A stretch of DNA of 64,000 nt from an uncultured delta proteobacterium (GTDB taxonomy: Bacteria > Myxococcota > UBA727 > VGSZ01), in NCBI GenBank assembly GCA_963775425.1, contig CAVZJB010000016.1:1088001-1152000 (forward strand), read 5' to 3'. The notes under the pieces are model-generated. The model saw only the letters and a list, made by a program, of their open reading frames with translations. It was not told the origin of the DNA and made no database searches. The position numbers and the translations under genes were made by a program. This document shows positions 38,278 through 47,801 of the stretch, piece after piece (the stretch's first letter is position 1; each line of letters begins with the position of its first letter).

Positions 38278-40014
38278 TCAGCGCGCGAGCGCGGGGTGTC
38301 CGTCGACGCGCATCTGCAGCACGAAGTAGGGCGGCAGGCACACGCCGCCGCCGGCGCAGATGTAGTCGGGGCGGCAGGGATCGTGCGGACCGCATGCGCG
38401 CAGCGCCGCGGGCGTGACGTGTTGGGCGCAGCTCGAGAACAGCTCGCCGCGGGCGAGGCAGGCGTTGAAGGGACCGAGGACGGCGATGCCGCCGCAGCGG
38501 GCGTGTGACGCGGAGTCGCCGCACGACGCCGCGCACATGCCACCGGGGAACCCGACGTCGACGCCCTCGCACACGCCGCCGCCGCAGGCGACGTTGGTGG
38601 AGCGCGCGATGCGATCGCGCGTGAAGGAGACGACGCCCGGGCGGCACGCGCTCCCCGGCGCGGGGGCGTCGGGCATGCACTGGCCGACGACGTCGTCGTC
38701 GACCGCCGTGCAATGAAGACCCGAGGCGCAGCTCCAGGCGGCGAAGCCGGCGTCGCCGAGCCCGCAACTGTCGCCGAAGCCGCCGCGGGCAAGCTCGTGC
38801 TCCGGCGGTGCGCGGCGCTCAAGGGCGGCGCCGCCGGCGGCGACGGCGTCCGCGTACGCGCGGCGCCGCGGGAGGTCCTCCTCGAGGTGCGGCGAGATGC
38901 CGACGGCGACGCCGTCGACGCTGCCGCCGGCGCGCTCCTCGCCGACGATGTGGAACCCGGCGAGCGAGCGGCTCTGGTGACAACCCATGCACGTGAGCCC
39001 GTCGAGCCTGCGCACGAGCGCGGCGGGCGTGGCGATGGTGGACGCCGCCGGGAGCGGCCCGAGCGCCTTGAGGGTCCGCGCGTCGAGGAGGCGGGTCCAC
39101 GGGCGGTTCTGCGGGCGGGCGAGGCCGCGCGGCGTGACGCTCACGGCGCGGCGCGCGAGGAACTTCTCGGGGACCACCAGCGTGCCGCGGTCGACGTCGT
39201 CGAGGTGCCCCCGCAGAAACGCCGTGAGCTCGGCCTTCAGCGCGGGGCTCTTCATCAGCTTGTCGACGTCGGGCGTGTCCTCGAGGGGAGCCTCGACGAG
39301 GCGGCCGCCCTTCGGGTGGAACACACGCAGCACGTAGTCCGCGTGGCCGCCGAGGTCGGGACGCACGGTGGAGGGCCAGCGCGCGGTCTGCGCGTTGATC
39401 TCGACGGCGAGGAGCGCGTCCTTCGACGCGAGCGCGCGCGCATCGTCGACGGCGAGCGGCGCGGCGAAGCGCGCGAGCACCTGGCGGCAGCCGGCGTGGT
39501 CGGCGGGGAGGCGGAACACCACGTTGAGGGTGGCGGGCAGCCGCGAGGAGAACGCGCCGCTCCTGGTGTGAGCCGTGTAGGCGAGGCGGTAGATGAAGCG
39601 CGCCTCGCCGCAGGTGCCCGGGAGGAACGCGCGGCGGTCGACGCGGTTGACGACGGCCGTGAGCTGCCAGCGCGTGTCCGGCGAGACCAGCCAGCGCCGG
39701 TCGAAGCCGCGATGCGTGAAGCGCATCCCGGGGCCCCAGGCGCGGTCCTTCCGGTACAGCTCGCGGAGGTCGCGGCCGAGCGTGTCGACGACGTCGAGGT
39801 AGGCGCGATCGTGGGAGAGCGCCGCGTTGTCGCGCGCGGCCGGGGTGGCGAAGGCGACGGCGCCGGCGCGCAGGCCGGCGTCCTCGAGCGCGGCGAGCGC
39901 GGCGGGCTCGGTGACGAGGAGGACGGGCGCCGGCGGCGACGGCGCGGCGACCGAGCGAGCGCCGTCGACGAGCGCGAGCGCCGCGCACACGAGGACGAGC
40001 GGGGCGCGCGTCAC
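38278..40014 (-). CDS. secreted Cys-rich protein with one CxxCH motif
   Basis: Signal peptide, CGEARFIYRLAY, CMGCH, many C-terminal Cys. Confidence 0.75.
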   Translation of the reverse strand: MTRAPLVLVCAALALVDGARSVAAPSPPAPVLLVTEPAALAALEDAGLRAGAVAFATPAARDNAALSHDRAYLDVVDTLGRDLRELYRKDRAWGPGMRFTHRGFDRRWLVSPDTRWQLTAVVNRVDRRAFLPGTCGEARFIYRLAYTAHTRSGAFSSRLPATLNVVFRLPADHAGCRQVLARFAAPLAVDDARALASKDALLAVEINAQTARWPSTVRPDLGGHADYVLRVFHPKGGRLVEAPLEDTPDVDKLMKSPALKAELTAFLRGHLDDVDRGTLVVPEKFLARRAVSVTPRGLARPQNRPWTRLLDARTLKALGPLPAASTIATPAALVRRLDGLTCMGCHQSRSLAGFHIVGEERAGGSVDGVAVGISPHLEEDLPRRRAYADAVAAGGAALERRAPPEHELARGGFGDSCGLGDAGFAAWSCASGLHCTAVDDDVVGQCMPDAPAPGSACRPGVVSFTRDRIARSTNVACGGGVCEGVDVGFPGGMCAASCGDSASHARCGGIAVLGPFNACLARGELFSSCAQHVTPAALRACGPHDPCRPDYICAGGGVCLPPYFVLQMRVDGHPALAR

Positions 40015-41270
40015 CGAGCGAGCTCCGGGAGGACCTTGAGGACCTCGACGAAGGCCTCGGGGAAGCCCTGCTCGTCGACGGGCGGCGCGGCGCTCCAGGC
40101 CCGTGCGCTCGCGGCGAGATCGGCGCCGGAGAGCGTGCGCTGCGCGAGCGCGGGGGCGCGGAGCGACGCGATGAAGCGATCGACGACGACGCCGCCCTCG
40201 TCGGCGTGCAGGAAGACGCCGGCGCCGGGGACGATGTCCGCTGCGGGATCGAGGATGCGGCTGGCGAGGGCGTCGCGGGCGTCGGGGCCGGCGCCGTCGA
40301 GGACGGCGATGACGCCGAGCGCGTCACGGCGGACCTCGACGACGAGCGCGCGCCGCGCGGCGTCCGTGGCGAGGCCGGTGGCGGCGGCGGCGGACGCGAG
40401 GAAGACGGGGTCGGCGCTTTGGGCGGACGCGGCGCGGACGACGCGGAGCGCGCGCGCGGCGCGGGCGCGGCCGCCGTCGCGATCGGCGACGACGTCCGGC
40501 AGGAGCGTGACGTCGCTGGCGACGGGGCCGAGCAGCGGCGCGGTGGCGGCGAGGGCGGCGTCGACGAGCTTGCGCAGCGCGCGCTCGTCGAGGCCGACGC
40601 GGCGCGCGAGCAATTCGCCGCGCGACACGCCCGCGCGCTTGGCCGCGTCGACGACGACGGCGCGCTCCTCGGCGTCGACGCCGGCGGCGGCGGCGAGCGC
40701 CGGGCGCGCCGCGGCGAGCCACCGGCGGCGATCACCGCGCCTGGCGGAGGAGGCGAGGGCCTCGGCGTCGTCGAGCAGGAACACGCTGCCTCCTTCGACG
40801 AAGGTGAACGCGCGGCGGCGCGCGTCCCTCTCCGCGGCGCCGGCGGCGAGCGCGTCCTCGATCACGGCGCGCGCGAGGGAAGACTGCACCGCGCGCTCGG
40901 CGGGGGCGCGGGCGCGCGTGACGAGGGCCGCGGCGAGCGCCTCGTCGTCGACGGCGATGGGCGCCGGGCGCGCGCAGCGATGAGCGTCGGCGCAGGCGAG
41001 CGCGGCGCGAACGCGGGCGGCGTCGCGCGCCTGGACGGCGCCCGCGAAGCCGCTGACGTCGGCGCGCGCGACCGTCGTCTCTTCGACCGGCGCCGGGCCC
41101 GCGGCGCCCCGGGGGACGCCCGCGGGCTGCGGCGCGCGCGTCGCCACCGCCGCCGCGAGCTGGACGGGCGCGGCGACCCGAGGTGCCGCGCACGCGGCGA
41201 GGAGGCCGGCCGCGACGAGGCCGAGCGGCGGGAGCGCGGCGCACCACGACGGGGAGCGAGCGGCGGTCAC
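40011..41270 (-). CDS. Ala-rich hypothetical lipoprotein
   Basis: Lipobox LAAC; start and stop overlap the neighbouring genes. Confidence 0.55.
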   Translation of the reverse strand: MTAARSPSWCAALPPLGLVAAGLLAACAAPRVAAPVQLAAAVATRAPQPAGVPRGAAGPAPVEETTVARADVSGFAGAVQARDAARVRAALACADAHRCARPAPIAVDDEALAAALVTRARAPAERAVQSSLARAVIEDALAAGAAERDARRRAFTFVEGGSVFLLDDAEALASSARRGDRRRWLAAARPALAAAAGVDAEERAVVVDAAKRAGVSRGELLARRVGLDERALRKLVDAALAATAPLLGPVASDVTLLPDVVADRDGGRARAARALRVVRAASAQSADPVFLASAAAATGLATDAARRALVVEVRRDALGVIAVLDGAGPDARDALASRILDPAADIVPGAGVFLHADEGGVVVDRFIASLRAPALAQRTLSGADLAASARAWSAAPPVDEQGFPEAFVEVLKVLPELAR

Positions 41271-42094
41271 TGCGGCGCCCCGACATCGTCGACGTCGTCG
41301 ACGCCGTCGACGTCTGACTCGTTCGCCGCGGCCTCGGGGGGCACCAGAGCGACGACCGCGGCGTCCACGCGGCCGGCGAGCCAGCCGGCGCTCGCGAGCA
41401 GGTGGCGCGCGCCGCCGCCGCGCCGGCGCAGGACCGACAACACGCTCGATCCCGCGGTCACGAAGATCCGCCGCGCCCCTTGCGCGACCAGCGCCCGGGC
41501 GACGGCGACACCATCGGTGGCGTCGAGCCCGCCGGGAGCGAGCTCTTCGACCGTGAGCAGCACGTCGACCGCGCCGCACGCGCGGTGCACCGCCAGCACG
41601 CGCTCGACGCGCGCGGCGTCGTCGAGCTGCGGCGCCGTGCGCGGCGACAGCGTCGCCTGCAGCAGGCCGTCGTCCGCGATCGCCAGGGCGCACGGGACCC
41701 CTCGCAGCGCGCAGAGCGCGGCCGCCGCCCCGAAGCGCTCCTCGACGCGTCGCCAGCCTTCGTCGTCGAGCGCAAGCGGGCGCCGGCCGCTCTTGGCGTC
41801 CGGGACGTCGCTCGGCCCCACCGCGCGCTCCTCGCTCCACCATGACGCGGCCGGTCCCGCGTGCTCGAGCACCGCCACCGCGCCGACGCCTCCGGCCCGC
41901 AGCGCGGCCAGCGCGTCCGCGACGGCGTCGTCGAGCACCGGCGTGTCCGCGGTCCGCCGCCCCCGCGGCTCCACGGCGACCGGCACGAGGACCGAGCGCG
42001 CTCGCTGCGCACGCAAGCGAGACAGAGGGCCGGGGCGCAGCCGCACGACGTCCTGCCTCGGGGCTTGCGCTCCGGCGTTCACTGAGCGGACCAT
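41267..42094 (-). CDS. degenerate Old Yellow Enzyme / NADH:flavin oxidoreductase-like protein
   Basis: VGPS...PLALD...FGAAAA...G...GLLQATLSPRT resembles the OYE core, but the catalytic His region is altered. Confidence 0.55.
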   Translation of the reverse strand: MVRSVNAGAQAPRQDVVRLRPGPLSRLRAQRARSVLVPVAVEPRGRRTADTPVLDDAVADALAALRAGGVGAVAVLEHAGPAASWWSEERAVGPSDVPDAKSGRRPLALDDEGWRRVEERFGAAAALCALRGVPCALAIADDGLLQATLSPRTAPQLDDAARVERVLAVHRACGAVDVLLTVEELAPGGLDATDGVAVARALVAQGARRIFVTAGSSVLSVLRRRGGGARHLLASAGWLAGRVDAAVVALVPPEAAANESDVDGVDDVDDVGAPQ

Positions 42095-42112
42095 GGCCGC
42101 CGGAGGGCGACC

Positions 42113-43294
42113 TTGGCAAGAGTACGGACCGGTCTCGATGTCCTCGTCGCCGACGGCATGTCGCTCCTCGCGGGAAAGCGCGTCGCCCTCCTCGGCCACC
42201 CCGCCAGCGTCGACGCACGCCTCACCCACCTCCTCGACGCCTGCCGCGAAGGGGGCGTCGAGCTCGTCCGCCTCTTCGGCCCCGAGCACGGCCTCCTCGG
42301 CGACGCCCAGGACATGGCCCACGTCGGCGGCCACAAGGACAAGCGCACCGGCCTCGAGGTCGTCTCCCTGTACGGCCCCACCCGCGACTCGCTGTTCCTC
42401 AAGCCCGACATGCTCGACGGCGTCGACGTGCTCGTCTGCGACCTCCAGGACGTCGGCGCCCGCTACTACACCTTCGCCTACACGGTCGCGTTCGCGCTGC
42501 GCGCCTGCGCGGCCCGCGGCACCCGGTGTCTGGTCCTCGATCGACCGAACCCCATCGACGGCACGCACGTCGAGGGGAACGTCGTGGACCCCGCGTTCGG
42601 CTCGTTCGTCGGCGAGTACGCCCTCGCCAACCGCCACGGCATGACCCTCGGCGAGCTCTGCCGTTTCTTCGCCGCCGCCGACGGCGGCGCCGTCGATCTC
42701 GAGGTGGTCTGGATGGACGGCTGGCGGCGCTCCATGTCCTTCGACGACACGGGCCTGCCCTGGGTGCTCCCCTCGCCCAACATGCCCACGCCGGACACCG
42801 CGCTCGTGTATCCGGGGGGCTGCCTGTTCGAGGGCACCAACCTCTCCGAGGGGCGCGGCACCACGCGACCCTTCGAGCTCGTCGGCGCGCCCTACGTCGA
42901 CGACCCCCATCGCTTCGCGCAGCTCGCCACGGACCAGGGCCTGCCGGGCTGCGCGCTGCGCCCGTGTTTCTTCCGGCCCACGTTCCAGAAACACGCCGGC
43001 GCGCTCTGCGGCGGCGTGCAGATCCACCTCGTCGATCGCGGGCGCTTCGACTCGTTGAAGACGGGCGTCGCCCTCCTCGTGGCGGCGCGCGCGTTCGAGG
43101 GCTTCGACTGGCGGCGCTCCACCTACGAGTACGTCAGCGATCGCCTCGCCGTCGATCTGCTCTTCGGCGGCAACGGCGCGCGCAAGCTCATCGAGGGCGG
43201 CGCCCGCGCCGACGACGTCCTCGCCTCCTTCGCCCCCGACCACGCCCGCTTCCTCGAGGTGCGGCGAGGCTTCCTGCACCCGGGCTACGCGTGA
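42113..43294 (+). CDS. namZ: exo-beta-N-acetylmuramidase NamZ (DUF1343)
   Basis: LFGPEHG, DLQDVGARYYT, VLDRPNP, RHGMTLGEL, PSPNMP, EGTNLSEGRGTTRPFE. Confidence 0.93.
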   Translation: MARVRTGLDVLVADGMSLLAGKRVALLGHPASVDARLTHLLDACREGGVELVRLFGPEHGLLGDAQDMAHVGGHKDKRTGLEVVSLYGPTRDSLFLKPDMLDGVDVLVCDLQDVGARYYTFAYTVAFALRACAARGTRCLVLDRPNPIDGTHVEGNVVDPAFGSFVGEYALANRHGMTLGELCRFFAAADGGAVDLEVVWMDGWRRSMSFDDTGLPWVLPSPNMPTPDTALVYPGGCLFEGTNLSEGRGTTRPFELVGAPYVDDPHRFAQLATDQGLPGCALRPCFFRPTFQKHAGALCGGVQIHLVDRGRFDSLKTGVALLVAARAFEGFDWRRSTYEYVSDRLAVDLLFGGNGARKLIEGGARADDVLASFAPDHARFLEVRRGFLHPGYA

Positions 43295-43899
43295 GGCTCG
43301 CGGCCGTCGACGCCGGCGCCGGAGACGCGCGCACCGAGCGCGCCATCGCCGTCGCCCTCGGGAGCGCGCCGGACCGGCTGCTGCTCTTCGGCGAGGCCGC
43401 CGCCGTCGCGGCGCGCGCTGCCGCCCGCGACGTCGCCCGCCGCGATGAGCGCTTCCTCGACGCGGCCGCGGCGTGGCTCCTCGACGCGCCCGCCTCCGGC
43501 GACGTCGACGGCGTCCCCTCGCGCGCGCGCCTCCCGGTCCCCCTCGTCGAGATCGCCGTCGCCGTCGGCGCCGAGCACCCGCCGCTGTCGTCGACGCCGC
43601 GGGCGCTCGAGATGCTCGGCGCGCGGCTGTGCATGGCCGTCCCCGACGGGGCGTCGCTCGACCCCGACGAGATCGACAACGCCGCGCTCTGGATCTGCGG
43701 CGGCGGCGGCCCCTTCCGCGTGGAGAGCGTGAAGGGGCGCACCATCCTGTCGCCCGGGGACGTCGGCGCCGAGGGCTACGTCGCCCTCGTCGACACCGCC
43801 GGCGGCGAGCTGCGCATCACGCGCGTCGACCTCGACGGCAACGCGTTCGAGGCCGGGGCCGCGGCGCCGGCGGGGCCGCGGCTCCAGGTGCAGGGATGA
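43291..43899 (+). CDS. hypothetical protein, possibly a degenerate metallophosphoesterase fold
   Basis: Translationally coupled between namZ and nadD; LLLFG and ILSPG resemble the calcineurin-like GD and NPG positions but lack metal ligands. Confidence 0.5.
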   Translation: MRLAAVDAGAGDARTERAIAVALGSAPDRLLLFGEAAAVAARAAARDVARRDERFLDAAAAWLLDAPASGDVDGVPSRARLPVPLVEIAVAVGAEHPPLSSTPRALEMLGARLCMAVPDGASLDPDEIDNAALWICGGGGPFRVESVKGRTILSPGDVGAEGYVALVDTAGGELRITRVDLDGNAFEAGAAAPAGPRLQVQG

Positions 43900-44522
43900 C
43901 CGCGCTTTCGCCCGAGGAGCTCGAGCGGCTGTCGACGTGGGTGCCGCCGCTGCGCGGCCTCGGGCGCATCGGCATCCTCGGCGGCAGCTTCAACCCGCCG
44001 CACCTTGGGCACGTGCTGATGGCGGTGGCGGTGTACGCCACCGAGGAGATCGATCACCTCTGGGTGGTGCCCACCGCCGACCACGCCTTCGGCAAGGCGC
44101 TCGCGCCGTTCGCCGATCGCGTGCGCATGTGCCACCTGGCCTTTCGGCACCTCGCCGGCGGCGCCGCCGTGCTCGACCTCGAGGATCGCCTGCCGCGGAC
44201 GGCGGGGACGCCGACGTACACCGTCGACACCTTGCGCGCGCTGCACGCGGTCCGGCCCGGCATCAAGCCCGTGTGGATCGCGGGGAGCGACATCCTGCCC
44301 GACCTGCCCCGCTGGAAGGAGCCGGAGGAGGTCCAGCGGCTCTGCCGCATGGTGATCGTCCCGCGCCGCGGCTACGACGGCGGCGCCCGCTTGCAGATCG
44401 ATCTGCCGCTGTTGTCGTCCACCGACGTCCGCGACCTGATCGCGGACAAGCAGGACGTCTCCGGCGTCCTCGATCGCGAAGTGGTCCACTACATCGACAA
44501 GCGTGGGCTGTACGGCGCGTGA
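43896..44522 (+). CDS. nadD: nicotinate-nucleotide adenylyltransferase
   Basis: IGILGGSFNPPHLGH, YTVDTL, GSD, SSTDVR, YIDKRGLY. Confidence 0.95.
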   Translation: MTALSPEELERLSTWVPPLRGLGRIGILGGSFNPPHLGHVLMAVAVYATEEIDHLWVVPTADHAFGKALAPFADRVRMCHLAFRHLAGGAAVLDLEDRLPRTAGTPTYTVDTLRALHAVRPGIKPVWIAGSDILPDLPRWKEPEEVQRLCRMVIVPRRGYDGGARLQIDLPLLSSTDVRDLIADKQDVSGVLDREVVHYIDKRGLYGA

Positions 44523-44557
44523 GCGCCTCGGCTACACTGCGCCCCGTCGAGGTCAAC

Positions 44558-45040
44558 GTGGCGCGTGCGGTTTTTCTCCTGTCCCTCCTGTTCGCCTTCA
44601 TCGGCGGCGTGGTGTTCATCTCCTGCCGCACCGACGCGGAGACACCCAACGCGTACTTCAACCACGACGGCGGGCCCGGCGACGTCGGGCAGCTCTGCCG
44701 CTCGTCCAACGAGTGCAACGACGCCGCGCTCGTGTGCGTCGACGAGGACGGCTCGCAAGGGCCGCTGCCTCCGTTCTGCCGCTCGCAGTGCGACACCACC
44801 GCCAACGACCCCTGCGGCGCCGGCTTCGTCTGCGTCCCGATCCAGAACGCCGGCACCGCGGGCGCCTGCCTGCCCGCCCCCGGCGACGGCGAGGCCTGCA
44901 CCGGCCGCTGCGACGACGGCCTCGCGTGCGTCGAGAGCAGCGCCGACGCCGGTGACGGCATCTGCCAGAGCGGCGGTGGCGAAGGTGAAGGCGAAGGCGA
45001 AGGCGAAGGTGAAGGCGAAGGTGAAGGCGAGGGCGAGTGA
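44558..45040 (+). CDS. Cys-rich secreted/lipoprotein ending in a GE tract
   Basis: Hydrophobic leader then FISC; about a dozen Cys; (GE)10 up to the stop codon. Confidence 0.72.
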   Translation: MARAVFLLSLLFAFIGGVVFISCRTDAETPNAYFNHDGGPGDVGQLCRSSNECNDAALVCVDEDGSQGPLPPFCRSQCDTTANDPCGAGFVCVPIQNAGTAGACLPAPGDGEACTGRCDDGLACVESSADAGDGICQSGGGEGEGEGEGEGEGEGEGEGE

Positions 45041-45099
45041 CCGCGATCGCCGCGCCGCGCGAATCCCGGGGGCCCCGAGGGAGTTGAGCTTCTAAAGAC

Positions 45100-47784
45100 A
45101 TGAGACCGAACGTCGCCACCCCTGGCTTTCGCATTCCCCCCGCCGCTGATCTTTCCCGCGCGCTCACGGAGGCGCGCGCCATCGCGGACGGCGTCGGTCA
45201 GGAGCTGCAGAGCCAACACCTGCTGCTCGCGCTCTTCACGGTGCCGAACCCCGCCGAGGTGCTGCTCCTCGAGTACGCCGTGAACGAGGACGCGCTGCTC
45301 GCGCTCATCGACGCCGAGCAGAAGGAGGGCGCCAGCGCCTTCCGCCAGCTCCTCGACGTCGCCGAGGAGACCGCGCTCGTCTGCGACGCGCGCCAGACCA
45401 ACACGCTGCACCTGCTGGTGGCGCTGTTGAAGGTGCGGGAGACGGTGGCCTTCGGGCTGCTCGATCGCGCGCTCGGCGGTGTCACCCCGCTGAGAAACCG
45501 GGTGATGTCGTTCGTCACCGGGGTCCTGCCGCGTCGCCTGATGCAGCCCATCCAGGACGCCAAGGCGAGCGAGCCGCCCCCGCCGCCGCCGCGGCGCCGC
45601 CCCCACCGGCAGGGGCGCGGCGACGACTGGGTGGTGCCCAAAAAGACCATGCTCGACGACACGTCGCCCGTGCCCGAGAGCGCCGTCAGCCAGGTGAGCG
45701 TCGTCGAGCCGCTGGACAACGACGACAAGCCGCGGCCCGCCGCCGACGAGGCCCGCCGCAGCGACGAGGCCCGCCGCAGCGACGAGGCCCGCCGCAGCGA
45801 CGAGGCCCGCCGCAGCGACGAGGCACGGGGCGACGAGCGCCGGCTCGACGCCACGCCCCCCGCCCCGCGCCCGGAGTCGAAGCGGCGCGTGGAGCCGGAG
45901 ATGGCGCCGGCGCCGACGATGCCGCCCACGGCGTACGACCTCGACCCCGAGCGCTTCCCCTGGCTGGCGGCGCTCGGCAGGAACCTCACCGCCGTCGCCG
46001 CCAACGGCGGCCTCGACCCCTCCATCGGCCGCGCCCGCGAGCTCGAGCAGCTCATCGACGTCCTCGGGAAGCGGCGCGCCAACAACCCCTGCCTCGTGGG
46101 CGAGCCCGGCGTGGGAAAGACCGCCATCGTCGAGGGGCTCGCGGTGCGCCTCGTCCGCGGCGACGACGACGTCGCGCCGCTGCACGGCAAGGTGCTCGTC
46201 GAGCTCGACATGGGCCGCATCGTCGCCGGCACCTCGCTGCGCGGCTCGTTCTCGGAGCGCATGCAGGGCCTCAAGCGGGACGTGCAGAAGGCGCACGGCA
46301 AGGTCATCGTCTTCATCGACGAGATCCACACGCTGATGGGCGCCGGCTCCAGCGGCGACGGCCCGCAGGACGCGGCCAACGAGCTCAAGGCCGCCCTCGC
46401 CCGCGGCGACTTCCCCTGCATCGGCAGCACCACCCACGACGAGTTCCGCAAGCACGTGGAGCAGGACCCGGCCCTCGAGCGCCGCTTCGTCAAGATCGTC
46501 GTCGAGGAGCCGGACGACGCCGCCGCCATCGAGATCCTTCGTGGCGCCGCGCCGCTGTACGCCAAGCACCACAAGGTCGACGCCGCCGACGACGCCGTCT
46601 GCGCCGCCGTCCAGCTCTCGTCGCGCTTCCTCCACGAAAAGCGCCTGCCCGCCAAGGCCATCGACCTGCTCGATCTCGCGATGTCGCGCGCGCGGCGCGC
46701 CGGCAAGAAGAAGATCGGGCGCGAGGACGTCGCGCGCGTCTGCGCCGACGTCGCCAAGATCCCCGTCGATCGCGTGCTCCTCGAGGACAAGAAGCGCTTC
46801 ATGGAGCTGGAGCGCTTCCTCGAAGATCGCGTCGTGGGACACGCGCAGGTCATCGGGCGCGTGGCCAACAGCATCCGCCGCAACTACGCCGGCTTCACAA
46901 CGCACCGGCCCTTGGGCAGCTTCCTGTTCCTCGGCTCCTCCGGCGTCGGCAAGACCGAGCTCGCCAAGGCGCTCGCCGACTTCCTCTTCGGCTCGCAAAA
47001 GGCGCTCGTGCGCCTCGACATGAGCGAGTACGCGGAGCCCCACACCGTGGCCCGGCTCGTGGGCGCGCCGCCCGGCTACGTCGGGCACCAGGAGGGCGGC
47101 CAGCTCACCGAGGCCGTGCGCGCGCGGCCGCACTGCGTGGTGCTCCTCGACGAGATCGAGAAGGCGCACCCCGACGTGCTGCCGGTGCTCTTGCAGATCC
47201 TCGACGAGGGGCGGCTCACCGACGCCCGCGGCCGCACCGTCACCTTCCGCCACGCCGTCTTGGTGTTGACCTCGAACCTCGGCGCCGCCGCCGCCATCGC
47301 GCCCCGGGCGCGCGGCATCGGCTTCGGCGCGCCGTCCATCCTGCCGGGCGCGGCGGCGTTCACCCAGAAGCAACACGACGGCGTGCTCGAGGCCGCGCGC
47401 AAGCACCTGCCGCCGGAGCTGTGGGGCCGCATCGAGGACAAGCTCGTGTTCGCGCCGCTCGGCCGCCCCGAGCTGATGAAGATCGCCGGGCTCTTGCTCG
47501 AAGCGTCGGCCAAGGCGCTGTTGACCACGCGCAACATCGCGCTCCACTTCGACGACAGCGTGCTCAACCACCTCGTCGACCAGGGCGCCTTCGACGCGTC
47601 CACCGGCGCGCGCCCGATGCGCCAGGTGGTGCAGCGGCTCGTGGAGACGCCGGTGTCGGAGGCCATCTTGAAGGGCGAGGTGCAAGAAGGCGCGCGCATC
47701 CGCCTGCACGTCGCCGACGGAAACCTCATCGCGCGCGCGGCGCGCCCGAGCAAGGCGCAGCCGGGCACCCCGCGGCCGGCGTGA
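45100..47784 (+). CDS. ATP-dependent Clp protease ATPase (ClpA/ClpC-like)
   Basis: Clp N repeats, GEPGVGKT, FIDEIH, GSSGVGKT, LDMSEY, GAPPGYVG, LDEIEKAH, GIGF loop. Confidence 0.94.
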   Translation: MRPNVATPGFRIPPAADLSRALTEARAIADGVGQELQSQHLLLALFTVPNPAEVLLLEYAVNEDALLALIDAEQKEGASAFRQLLDVAEETALVCDARQTNTLHLLVALLKVRETVAFGLLDRALGGVTPLRNRVMSFVTGVLPRRLMQPIQDAKASEPPPPPPRRRPHRQGRGDDWVVPKKTMLDDTSPVPESAVSQVSVVEPLDNDDKPRPAADEARRSDEARRSDEARRSDEARRSDEARGDERRLDATPPAPRPESKRRVEPEMAPAPTMPPTAYDLDPERFPWLAALGRNLTAVAANGGLDPSIGRARELEQLIDVLGKRRANNPCLVGEPGVGKTAIVEGLAVRLVRGDDDVAPLHGKVLVELDMGRIVAGTSLRGSFSERMQGLKRDVQKAHGKVIVFIDEIHTLMGAGSSGDGPQDAANELKAALARGDFPCIGSTTHDEFRKHVEQDPALERRFVKIVVEEPDDAAAIEILRGAAPLYAKHHKVDAADDAVCAAVQLSSRFLHEKRLPAKAIDLLDLAMSRARRAGKKKIGREDVARVCADVAKIPVDRVLLEDKKRFMELERFLEDRVVGHAQVIGRVANSIRRNYAGFTTHRPLGSFLFLGSSGVGKTELAKALADFLFGSQKALVRLDMSEYAEPHTVARLVGAPPGYVGHQEGGQLTEAVRARPHCVVLLDEIEKAHPDVLPVLLQILDEGRLTDARGRTVTFRHAVLVLTSNLGAAAAIAPRARGIGFGAPSILPGAAAFTQKQHDGVLEAARKHLPPELWGRIEDKLVFAPLGRPELMKIAGLLLEASAKALLTTRNIALHFDDSVLNHLVDQGAFDASTGARPMRQVVQRLVETPVSEAILKGEVQEGARIRLHVADGNLIARAARPSKAQPGTPRPA
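45745..45824 (+). repeat. 18-bp perfect tandem repeat (DEARRS x4+)
   Basis: Four exact copies of GACGAGGCCCGCCGCAGC plus a partial copy. Confidence 0.95.
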
Positions 47785-47801
47785 CGCGCGGCGAGGCCGG
47801 C

